This document shows positions 34,601-46,600 of a DNA stretch of 64,000 nucleotides, piece by piece. Both the position numbers and the translations under genes were made by a program. The notes under the pieces are model-generated. The model saw only the letters and a program-made list of their open reading frames with translations. It was not told the origin of the DNA and searched no databases. Every line of letters begins with the position of its first letter. The stretch's first letter is position 1. The stretch is from the NCBI GenBank assembly GCA_002633005.1, contig NMRA01000194.1:623074-687073 (forward strand). The letters run 5' to 3'. The stretch is from Phoronis australis. Its lineage: Eukaryota > Animalia > Phoronida.

Positions 34601-37600
34601 GGAATGCTCTCATGAGAGTTCACTTCTGGTTTCCGACCTACTGCCATTGGTATATTCAAACACGACTGAATCAGAGTATAGGTCTTCACAATTCACAGTG
34701 ACAGAGAATAGTTCATCAGAAGAATCAATGGCCAATGATATTCTTCATTACGATTTGAGAGATGGTCTGAAGCGGTATGATGATCTTATTGATGGCATGA
34801 CGTCTGTGTGCGACAGTGTATGCTCGTCGGAGTGTCTTGTGGGTATCCATAAAAAATCAAAGCACATAAATCAGACTTGTCCATGCAAAGTCGAATCATT
34901 AGTCTTTGACTACAGTATATGAAGATGATTGACATCCTTCGACTTTTTTAAAAGCAGAAATAACGTCAGATTGGGAGCTTCACCTAAAAGCAGTTTCTGA
35001 AGTGCTGCCTTACTTTGCAGTTGCTGGTCACAACTCTTATGCAAAATCTTCATACGTGACTGAAGCAGATGTAGCAACTCAAAAACACCCGTCCAGACGT
35101 CTACGGCCAACAAACCATAAGACAAAGTGACAGATTCTGGGCAGGCTTATCATAATGAGATATGATCTTGTAATTGAACAAATGCTCATGAAAAGTATTA
35201 AATCAACAGGAGGTTTAACTAGAGGTTGCGGAATGGGAGATACAGTCTCACGTGACACCGACCTTTCCTTGCCGGCATGCTCAAGTATAAATGGTGCCAT
35301 GCAGACTGTGACAAACTTAACTTGTGAAACAAGTCAGCAGCATAAAGAATGTACCCAGGCAAGACAGTCGCGTGACGACAAAGACATCCGCAGCATTGTT
35401 AAATTCATGCTGCTAACAGTAATTTTACACAAGTGGGTCCACGACTGCTATTTCAGCGAATCCTGACAGCTGCAAAAGACAACAGTGAAAGTTCATCAAC
35501 CTTTTGAAGTTTGAGCTGTGTGTTGGTTCCCCTGTTCTTTTTGATACATTTGGTCTTCCCAGAGTCGCTAATAAATCAATATGAGCTGATGCACTCTGCT
35601 CCAGTGGAGGACTACCTAAGGATTTCAATTTCCAGAAAACACGGTGATGCATGTAATCGACGGTGGTTCTCTCCTTCACCGTATTCCATGGCCTAGAGGT
35701 GCAACGTATCAGTCATTTGGTAGAGGTTATGTGGATTACATCAGCAAGTGCACCCAGCCTATTGTTGTTTTTGATGGTTACTGAGATGGACCATCAACTA
35801 AAGCTGTCTTTCATGTTCGAAGACTGGGTGGGGTGGTTGGAACTGAAGTTCACTTCAATAGTGACATGGTGATCAAGTAAAAAAGGAACATTTTTTCAAA
35901 AAGCAAAAACAAATGATTCACTCACTTCTTGTCAAGTATGCTAGGAAATGCTGGTTGCACAATGGTAGAAGCTCAAGGTGACGCAGATGTTTTAATTGTA
36001 GAAACAGCAGTAGAGAACGAAACACAAGGTCCAACTACCCTTATTGCAAACGATACAGACTTGTTGGTTCTTTTGCGTTACCATGCTACTTCACAACAAA
36101 TTTCATGTTCATGAAATTTGACAAGAGACACCAAAGCAAGAGGAGAGTCTGGGACATCAAGGAACTACAGTTGTCTCTTAGTGCCGAAAGTTGCGCAGTT
36201 TTGCCATTTGTGCATGCAATAGGTGGTTGCAACACAACATTACAGCTGTTCGGTATTAGCAAAGGCTCCCCCATTCAAGAAACTGCGTGATCGAGAATTC
36301 TGCAAAAACTCTAAGAGTATTCACTAGACACATGCAGCTGAATCAAAACATATTTGAAGCTGGCAAGAGTTGTATCTGTGCTTCATGGCGGTACTGGCTC
36401 TGGAAATTTGGATGATTTGCGATACAGGCAATTTGTGGATGAGGTTTCGGACTAGCGACAGCCCAAATACAGTCATTATCACCACCTTTCTTCAGTAGCT
36501 AAATTCCATGCTGCCGGGACATATTATCAAGAGCAAGAGCGGTCAAGTTTCCGTGGCAGTGGCCTAGACTCGCTGTATTGGGGATGGATGAAGGCAGGTG
36601 GAAAATTCATTCCCACGACGACGGACCATTCAGCAGCACCAGAGAACCTGCTGAAAGTAGTGAGATGCTCGGATAAGACCAACTGCAGTAATCCAAGAGA
36701 TGCTCTTGCAGGAAGTTACAATAGCCGTACTCGGTTGCATGTGGAGAATGTCGTGGTTTTAGCTGCAGCAATTCAATTTCATTCTGAGTTGACAGAGATT
36801 AGTTGTGTAAATACTGCTTGATTGTGTATAGATTCACTAGCAGTTACAACTAACTGGAAGTGACACAGACAGTGTGGATAGTTGATCACTGAATTAATTG
36901 CAGAGAGTTATTTTCAATACACACATTTTTTCAGGAGGAGAATGATCCTTCAGTTCAGGCAAACCTGATGTTTTTGACCCAAATAAGTTATTCGTTAAAC
37001 CATCTTGAAAATGGTAGTCGTAATCATCACGAGCCAGACAAAAATTATTGTAATGGACGTGCTGGCTTAAAAAGCTCAGGATATGGCGTGTCTCTGGAAT
37101 CTGAAGTTCTTACACGAAGCAACTATTTGGTGGCCATCTTAGAAAATGGTGGAAGTAATCATTAGAGTCAAACGCAATGAGTCTAAATGGATTAGTCGAC
37201 CCAGAAAACCTATGATACTTGAAGCAAGATGACACACTAATCTGTTGATGTTGTGCGATTCGAAATAGTTTTGAAGGCCATCTTGGAAAATGGCTGATGG
37301 TGTCACCACGGCCATGCAAAACTTTTCCAATGGATTTGTTGACCCACAAAAGATAGGTAAACGTTTCACTCTCAAGTTATAATGATCATATGCAAATCTG
37401 GCCGCCATTTTGTCCGCCATCTTGGAAATGGTAGAAGTAATCATTAGTGCCAAATGCAATGAGTCTCAATGGATTAGGCGACCCAGAAAACCTATGACGC
37501 GATGTTTGAAGCAAGACGACACACTAATCTGTTCGTGTGAAGTTGTGCGTCTCAAGTAGATTTGGCGGCCATCTTGGAAAATGGCAGACGGTGTCACCAC

Positions 37601-37870
37601 AGCCATGTAAAACCATTTCCAATGGATTTGTTGACCCACAAAACATAGATAAACCTTTTTGAATTTTTACTCTATCACATTCCACTCTTGAGTTATAGTG
37701 CGCATCAGAAAATCTGGCGGCCATTTTGTCCGCCATCTTGAAAAACCAACTTCCGCCACTCCGATTCCGGTAGACTTTTTTTTCCACTAAGGTGTGTGAA
37801 AGGATACGATTTATGCAATAAAACCTTCTGTTGCAATTTTTTCCGGGTTATCCGTAGAATGACTGGACTA
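31613..37870 (+). mobile_element. Academ DNA transposon, decayed, 3-bp TSD AAT
   Basis: TIR TAGTCCAGTCATTCTA.../...TAGAATGACTGGACTA extending about 150 bp, AAT on both flanks, aaaatggcggcc subterminal repeats; pseudo-ORF motifs RLGRFHTE.SFL..I...M...GL..VYA..ML.GK...RA.RGH, DL.IEQ.LMKS.K..GGLTRG.G, IDGG.LLH, QGDADVLIV, DDTDLLVLL, HAIGGC.TT (XPG/PIN-like) and a C-terminal Cys-rich tail. Confidence 0.88.
32723..36790 (+). pseudogene. Disrupted Academ transposase with a duplicated block
   Basis: Many stops and frameshifts; 33034-34459 is a diverged duplicate of about 35262-36515. Confidence 0.8.
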
Positions 37871-38059
37871 AATTGAAAACACATCAATATCTGCTCAGAT
37901 GAAGTCAATCTTTACTGGCATATTATTTAAAACTTGCTGTTTCGTTTTACTCAATCGTTTTGCATAAAGACACAAAGGCGCATCTTAACAACATATACAG
38001 GTGCGTGGGTGATTGGCGCATGAACACGTAGACACTATGTTGACAATTTGGCTTTAGAG

Positions 38060-38781
38060 TTAAAACATTTTATTCAAAGAGTAATTGATGAAATATGGAT
38101 AACATTGAGTGGCTACTATTACTCCTACAACCAGAAAAATTACAGTGAAAGTTATACCAGCAAAACTTATGTATCGGGAGATTTGTCCCATTCTAGCAGC
38201 GTCTTGGATGTCTTTGTCATAGTAGGCATTGTCAGACAAACACGAGAAACACAGAGCGACTAGACCGAACGGGAGATTGACGCACATGGTGACCACAATG
38301 GCGAGGACCATATAGTTTGGCGGTCTAGCTAATATGTAGTCGTATATAGTCGGAACCTGCAAAGACAAACGCAATGTTTACCTGGGGTCTCAGTCCTGAG
38401 ATTTAGGTGATTGTATGACTATCTAGGTCTCCTCCGTGGGATATTTACTTCCACACTTGCCGTATTTCTAATCATTTACAAATGCCCCAGCGGTCCCTTA
38501 GTTTTGAGAAAAACGATTGTTCCACATGTACCAAAGTCATTTTCGTGCTCCTAAGTTTCTTATCTCAGACATATGCCCAAGGATATTTTTGAACGACTAG
38601 AGTTTGAAAACCTGATTTCGGTTTCACCTTTGCCATAAATTTCTTCACTTAGTTGAAAAGTATTTCATTATGAAAACGAGGCCATTTTACCTACCTGTGT
38701 ATACCCGAGATTACTCTGTTGATTTGTCATCGGCTGTTGACCCTCGCTGGCCAGGGGTGATTGCGTTGTTTGCGCAGCCAT
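38060..38781 (-). CDS. Dispanin/CD225 family small membrane protein, paralogue 2, 127 aa
   Basis: Exon 1 38781-38695 (MAAQTTQSPLASEGQQPMTNQQSNLGYTQ, donor GTAGGT), exon 2 38356-38060 (VPTIYDYILARPPNYMVLAIVVTMCVNLPFGLVALCFS...ISFAGI + TM). Same intron position and phase as paralogue 1. Confidence 0.88.
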
Positions 38782-40589
38782 TCACACGGAGATATTTGTA
38801 ACTGAGCTGACCGTCATAACAATTAGTAACGGTCTAGAAAAGGTTCAGTCCGACTTTACGTGTGACAATTAGAAGACTGAACAAAGAACTTGCCAAATAT
38901 ACTTTAACATCTTCAACTTGACTCATAGTAGTAACTTCACACACGCGTTCATCTATGACGTCACAAGTGCAGCCAACCCATTAGGCCCAAGCGCCTGATA
39001 GATGCTGAGGCATTTCGCAAATAGCCACGGTCTGTGCTTCCTGTAGTTAACGATTATTCGTTTTCACCATTTTTAATCGGCGTTGAATTGCTTGGAATTG
39101 AAACTAGACAAGATTCTACAAGTTTCACACACTTATTTTTTCCCACAAACATATTGAGGTCTTTGGCATTTGATTGTCAATGTCTCAAACTTTTCTCGGG
39201 GACACCGATTAATTTTTCTGTAATTATTGTTGGAGATTGCAAGGGCTCTAGCGTTTGGGGATATTTTTGTACCCGCATCAAAGATTATAACGTACAATCT
39301 AGGTTTAATTTGAATTCAGTGTTCGTCTTGGTCGTTAAACTCCATCCTAACAACTTTTCATGTGGGGAAACAACGAAATCAAAGCAAGTTACAGTGTTTC
39401 GACGAACAGATTCAGCATCGAACGATAAATGGTTTTTGCGTAAATGCATGACATCCTACTTCAAAGTCCGGCAAGCAGTTTCAATGGTTACTAAAGTAAC
39501 AGCCAGTTTGATATGGGGAGAGAAACAATTTGAATTGTATCTCTTCCCTGGTATGCTCTGTCTGGAAGTTTAGCGCCCTCCATTAGGCTTTTTGAGAAAC
39601 GTGGAGGCTCTGAGATTAGTCTAGTTGCCAGCCCAATAGCTCCCATAGTGAACCCTGTAATGTTTATTACTGTAAAGTTTTTTTGATGAAATATATCAAA
39701 TATGATCAGGAGAACAAAATTACCTTGGTTGCACTTAGTGCAACTTTGAGCATTTTTTGCAATTCAAAATGGCGGATTCCGCCATTTCATTTCGACCCAC
39801 TTTGGTTTTTCAACTTGATGACTAACAGGGTCATGTAATACATTGCTTATACCATTATCTTTGTTGGAGAGTCCATTTCTGGTGTTATTTTATTAGGGGG
39901 TCATTTTCAGGGTCAAACCAGAGGACCATGTGGTAGATAAGTTTTACACTTAAAATGTTTTTTCATCCTCTACAAATAAAGTTATTATTATTATTTATCC
40001 CATACGCGTTGAATCTGTCGAGGGAAATACGGTCATGTAATAAAGTTTTCCGTATTCACCTCTCGCACTACTTCAACAGCGACCTCTGACATGGAAAGTT
40101 CAAAAGGTAGGTCAATGTCGACTCGACGTCTTCAGCCGGTTCGATCATCAAAACAGTTTCCGAGTACAGTTTCAAGTAATACAGTTGCAGCAGTGTAACT
40201 AACACTCGACATGCAACCAGGCCCTAAACGTAAAATCTGGAACAAAACTGCCGAAAAAATGTAAGAAGCTTAGGGATTCGAAGCGCATGGGATAAATATA
40301 AAACGTACCGAGAGTGGCGTACATGAAGTAATATTCCACGAGACATTATTCCGCGTATCGACCGAGACCGCAACGCCAATCGAGGTACGTTTTGTGTGTA
40401 TATTATTAAAGCTGCCCAGCAGCCTTCTTCAAGGTGTATTTTCAAAATGCCCACTATTACATACATGTACTACAGTGGGCCAAACATTTTGCTCACAAGT
40501 TTCATGAGAGTTGTATCAGCACAACAGAGGAAGCATATGACATGGAAATGCTCATACGCTCAGCAGTTCAATGCTGGTGCGTCTGCTTT

Positions 40590-41295
40590 GGTTACTGCCC
40601 ATTACTCAAGAAAAAAAAAACTACTCCGAAAAACCTCTACTCCGAAAAGAAAACACTACTCCGAAGAAACCCACATCTCCTCCAAATATGAACGCATTCG
40701 TTTCATTTTATAACACTTATATATGCGCGTACTAGTCTAAAATATGGGGGGCTAAATTTTTTTTGGCAATGTGGACCTTTTTTCAAACAAAAAAACATGA
40801 GACTAAAAAACGGGATATCATGTTCAGGGCTATGAATTGCGCATTCACGCCTTTTTCGTGGACTTTTGTCTCATTTTCTCGGACATTTTGTTGTTTTGAG
40901 GCGGATCCTTTTGCACACCTCGCCAAATGGGGGGCTCGTTGGAGCCCCCCTTGGGTGCGCGCATGTATTACATTTTCTCTGGATCAAGCGAACTTCAAAG
41001 AAGATAGGATACAAGATTTGATAACTACAAAGACAATGATAATGGCAGAAATAAGTCATTGGACTTCATTATCCATATTTATTTTTTGTTTGGGTATTTT
41101 GTTAGTAAGTAAACTTTACTTACTAACAAAATACCCACACAAAAAATAAGTTAAAAAACCATTCGTGAAATTTCAATTTAGGAAGATCGAGTAAAACATC
41201 GTAGTAACGGTGTTTTTTCGGAGTAGTGGACCTTCGGAGTAGCTGTTTTTTTCGGAGTGGTGGCATGAGCCTTAGGAGTATTAGCCCAGTGTTAC
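40590..41295. mobile_element. Non-autonomous DNA element with inverted subterminal CTACTCCGAA repeats
   Basis: ctactccgaa x3 at 40621-40664 and ttcggagtag/ttcggagtgg x3 at 41217-41262. Confidence 0.55.
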
Positions 41296-43681
41296 AATCT
41301 AATGGAGTCCAAGGAAAGACTAGAAACGATGCTCTGTATGTATACAATCTCATCACAGCCATATGTTGTTAATCAATGTCTACTCAAATGGGGCCGAGAG
41401 GATGGTTTACCTAAAGATGGTCCTTCAACAACCTTGACTCAAGGAGATGTCGACATATTTCTTCGTAGTAGGTCACCATAATTGTGTACGGTACCTGAGC
41501 TGGTGTAGCAGTTTTCAAAATAAACCAAACAACGTGGAAATTCTTTTCGACTAGAATGCGATAGCGCCTCCATGTACGTTGTCTTAATTTTCACAATTTG
41601 CACGTAACTCCATTCATAAATGAACAATAAACGGCTAGGCGAACTAACGTCAACCTAAACTACGACAAAAGTTCGCCAAATGTGCGATAAGTGTTCGACT
41701 AAGGGGCGAAACATTTCTGGCAAGAAGTTTTTAGCAAGTTTGGCAGCTTGACAGTTCTTTCGAAGTTTATATTGAAGTTTGTTGTGTGTGGAGCACCTGC
41801 TCAATAATGTCAAAAAATTCCACTCGAAGCTGCGCACAGCTGTCAACACTTGGATGACAAGACTGTAGTACCTACCAGTTGACCAATTTGAAGAACAGAC
41901 ATACTGGTATATCAAACGAGTAAAAGGTTCTGGGATTATAAGGGATGTTTTAATGAGAGCCGAGCAATATAGGAGCAAACGTCACGCATTGGAGTGACAG
42001 GAAAAAGACTAAGAACAAGAAGGGAGAAGTAGACCTGGACGAGGATGACTAGAGAAAGACTGCGGAGGAGATAGAGAAGCACAGACACCCGCTCACTGAC
42101 CAGCAGTCATATCTTCATAACATCTGCAATAGATTCCAGAACGAGCTGGTCATTGGGCATGAGCAGAACAGTCAGCTTTTTATTTTCGGTAAGCAGTGAA
42201 TGTTCACTTAAAGCACCTAGAAAAAGTCAAAATGCTGGAGTTGCTTAAGAAGCCTGTACTGTCGAGGGAAGGCCATGGCGTTGAGACGCTGTTCAGTTGC
42301 CTGTTAGTCACAAGACAGCAACGTAACATTAACAAAGCCTATGTCTTTCAGTATGAACTTATCGAGTCCACTCCCTACATCCCAGATCGCCAAATAGATG
42401 CGAAAATAAAACGTTTGAGAATAATCTCACTTGTAGCTCTACTAAAGCCCGCTAGTGTATACGAGTAAATTTACTTACTGGTAAAATTTGCACTCGTGTA
42501 AAATTAAAGTTATTCTACGCGTTCAAGCTCTGCGCTCATTTGCAAAAAGCTCATTTTAGACAGAAAAAGGATCTTTTCACATTGCTTAGGAATAGGTTAT
42601 GTGGGGAGACTCGAATCTTTTTCCTGGACTTACCCACATTTTCACTGCTTTTTCCCCGAATATGAGGAGACTGCTCCCCGCTCCGCCGATAAGCCTACGG
42701 CAACCTAAAACATTTTATTTGCAATCCGACAAAATATTTTTTTATTCACAGAAACACTGAAATGTTTAGCAACACAACTGAGCGCGGAGAGACAGTGAAA
42801 AGTTGAATAATGAAGCATTTTATCTGCCGACCTGGGTCCAACTCAGTTGAGGGCGGGAAACCAAACAAAACATGAAGATGTACTTGCTTGCTCCTAATTA
42901 TGCTAATGTATAGCAGGAACTAAACGACAATGCTAGTTCAAACGAAGTGCAGTTGTATTTATTGACAACTTGTAAATGTGAAAACAACAAAATCTGGGAG
43001 TTTTACTGAAACCTGCTTGCACTATGCAAATTTCAAAGAAAAACATGCGATTTACATGTGGAATGCTACACTGCCATGTTAGCTATTTTTGAATTAACCA
43101 AAAAAATAAAACTGCCACTGGGGGTGTAGCTGTACTAGGAAAATCATTGCCAGCCACGCTCTGGTCAATAGGAAATTGTTTCTCATATATCACGAGGACT
43201 GTTCACCGAACTTGGCACACAGGCCCAAAAAACTAAAACTACCATTAGCAGGCATAGCTTTATTCAGGTCCATCCCAAAACCATCAACATCAAAACTCTC
43301 CCCAGTAGAAACCTACCTCTCAAATTTCATGAGAATCCTTCAAACCAATTGGCAGATGGAGAGGTGCATGCCAAGTAAAGACGACTAGGGGAACATAACA
43401 CGCTAGATCCCCAACAGAAGCCAATCTACAGTTTCACTGATATATCTAGGGCCCTTGTAGATAAAAAGCAAATGCAAAAATAGAATTGTCAACGAATATG
43501 AAAGTCATACTCATATCCATCTCTAAGAACACAATTGCCAAATTTCACGGATACTGCATGGATGTACACTGGGCGGAAATGACTAACAGTGTGTGAGTGC
43601 AAAGAAACTGTAACAAATCTCTGTTGCAGAGACATAAGACAAATACTTTATGAAATATTTATTATTTAATTATACCAAAGC

Positions 43682-46600
43682 TCAAGTATTCGTTTGACTA
43701 CTACACTGACTATCTGCAGGTGTTTTGTCTTCCTCCAAACTTGACTGAGGTTCCTTTGTCAGAGGACTCTCTCCAACCACGTCAATGGCGGCTGATTCTG
43801 TACCTGTACTGCTAACAGATGTGTCCATCTTCTGAAAACCCATATACCCAAGTCACTAACAAGACATTCATTGCACAAATAAAATTGTTGGCACATCTAA
43901 AACGTATTTTAGGAGTAAACACAGGGTCATCCAAATCAAGGATTCAACAAGAACACACGCTGAAAATCCTGGTTAGCAGATACCGTGTATTAACCAGAAT
44001 GTGTTTCAAAATTTCAGGATCATTGACTCTGGTGCGACATATCCAAGTTTGCCAAAGGAATCGCTGTTAAGTAAAACTGTAAATTCCTTTTGTAAACCTA
44101 TCTATTTGTAAATTTGACATTTTTTATAACCTTCAAAAAGCAAAGACATTAAGAATTTTAAAAAATGTTTAGATGGTCATTTAAAAAATCAGTCCACTAC
44201 TATAAAAGCTTATTTCTCTCTCCCTCTCAAAAGCAAGCAAAATGATAAGTGACAAACCTTACCGCTGTTAATGAATACATGCTTTACCATTTTGCAATTA
44301 CATTTTAAGTCTACTCCTCCATTTCAGGAGTGCGAAGCAGAGGGTGGTTTACTTAATTGTCCCAATTTGAGACCAACCTAGACCACTAAAAGTTTAAAAT
44401 GATGCGCATTTCCTTTGACTGATGCATGCTAAGATAAAAATGGGAAAATGTGATTTGATTGCAGGGTTATGGCCAGCAAATGTACCCTTGCTTAAATGTG
44501 CCATTAGAAATAAGCTCTCTAAGTCACACAGTCTCACACACCCTGGATGACAGTGCTATTGTGAGAGCAATCAATACATTTATAAAACTAACACCAGCTC
44601 AATTTATGAGGTTGGAAAATAAATCACTTCATCATGAGTACTGAAGACCAACCTCTGACGAATCGTCTCTGGACATCTCCAAGGTTTCACCAGGGGGAAG
44701 TTGAGCACCGGCTGATAAAGTGATTGTCCTTGACACGTTGTCCTACAACAAACAGCCTCATGTACTTGATGAAACGCTTGGTAGTGAATGCCGTGACACG
44801 AGTGCCAATGAACACCTGTTGACACACTTGTACATACAGTACAAGCCAAAATTATTCAAACAGAATTACCTGGAATTTCCTGTCATGAGGGCTGAATAGA
44901 AACCAAATCCATCATCAGGGTATTCTTCCCTCATAACAGAATGAAGTGTATCAACAGTAAAGTCAGTAAGATGACTAAGCTATTCTGAAATTAGAAGTTT
45001 TACCCCATAATAGTTATTAAAATACACTGGGTTTAAGCTTGAAATAATAGAAACCAGACTTTTCAGTTTCTGATAAGTGTTCCTGTTGGCTATCATGTTA
45101 ACACTACCTGGGGTTCCTCCTTGGACGCCAGTCTGTCGCTGACCTCTGCCAAGATCACATGTGAGGTGCACCTGCTCTCGCCCTCCACTGCCGGTATGGG
45201 ATTCCTGCAGGCACCCTCGCCAAAACCACATGCCCGGAACAACACCTGGTGATGGTCTTGGAGCACATCTGGTCCATCGTTAAAGAAACGTTGATGCAAG
45301 ACAAGAGCCAGCACACGGAACAAAAATAGAAATACAGTATAATCCAAAAGTATTCAGACTAAAAGATCTGGAGTATTATTCCCAGTCATAACGGCAGAGT
45401 AGTCTCCCCTGATGACCAAGAATAAAGGGAAATTAACAGCATAGTAAGGTGGCTAAACCATTAAAGAATCTGTAATTAGAATTTTCCACACTAAATACTT
45501 ATCATCAGTAATTTTTGCAGTAGCCAAAATTAGCTGCATAATGATAAAATGGCATTTTGTCCCATTAGGTTTGACTAGTACTGTGTGCTGATCTAGTTTG
45601 TGCACTTGACCTTTCCCATAACTTCAGTACGTTTTAATGTGAAATACAAGCCTAGGTTCAAACAGAAATCTATTCAAAATGTAGCAGACTGCTTTTTCAA
45701 GAACACGTGTTTGAATTTGTTGATGATATACTCTAATCAATAGCATTGACTTAGTGAGATTAATCTAAATCCTACTATTGCGTTAGTGAGATCAATCAAA
45801 CCATTCATCCACTGTTGTCCTTATCAAAGGATACGTTCGGTGCAGAACTTCATCAGGGGCACCACTTTGTGGCCACACTTGACACCTTTGTTCACGTGAA
45901 CACATTTGGTGAATGAAGGGGGGCGGAAACTAGCGCCCTCTGACGCAGCTATCCGGCGTTCCTTCGACTGACGCTGCAGAAGTGCCTCCTGTAAAAAGAT
46001 ATTTTTTTAATGTTTTTTACTGGTCTGAGTTCTGGTGGCCTAGGACACTTACGCAGCACTTGGGGGCTAGTAATATTCACTTATGAAGAGGAAAGAGTGA
46101 ATTCTGTCTCATCAACTTGAGCTTGAAGGGGGCAACTAGACTGCTTAGTGGCTTAGTATATCATCAGAGTCGTTCACAACCTTTTGAAATTGACATGCAA
46201 GGTCAATGAAAGTAGTTCCTTGTAAACCCTGTTCTTAGTCTTACTACCCCCTACAAGCTCCAAATAGGGTAACCCGAAAGGATAATATAACAACCCAACC
46301 TATCACTTCAGAAGTCGCAATTTTGCTAGGTTACACTACAAATCTCCTTAGCATACTCTCGAAAAAATCGTTTTTCACTGGTGTAATTTTGCATGGTTTT
46401 GATTTTTCGCCAGATTCTTGTATCTAAGGAATGCAGCCCTGGTCAGCTTGACGAGGTTGTTGAATGACATAGACTTCCAATAACATACCTTTCCAAAGCG
46501 TTTGTGGTAGCGTTTCATAGCCACCAGTTTGTCATACAAGGCTTTCTGCTCGGGGTCATTTTTCGACGCTGTCACTGTCCCTGGAACACAACAGTGGTAG

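Noticed and set aside
39034-39573. 179-aa ORF, and most other short ORF-track entries
   Set aside because: Non-ATG start, no recognisable domain or splice context; consistent with chance ORFs.
44880-44939. SECIS element
   Set aside because: The ATGA is Watson-Crick paired rather than in a GA/GA quartet, the site is intronic, and there is no selenoprotein nearby.
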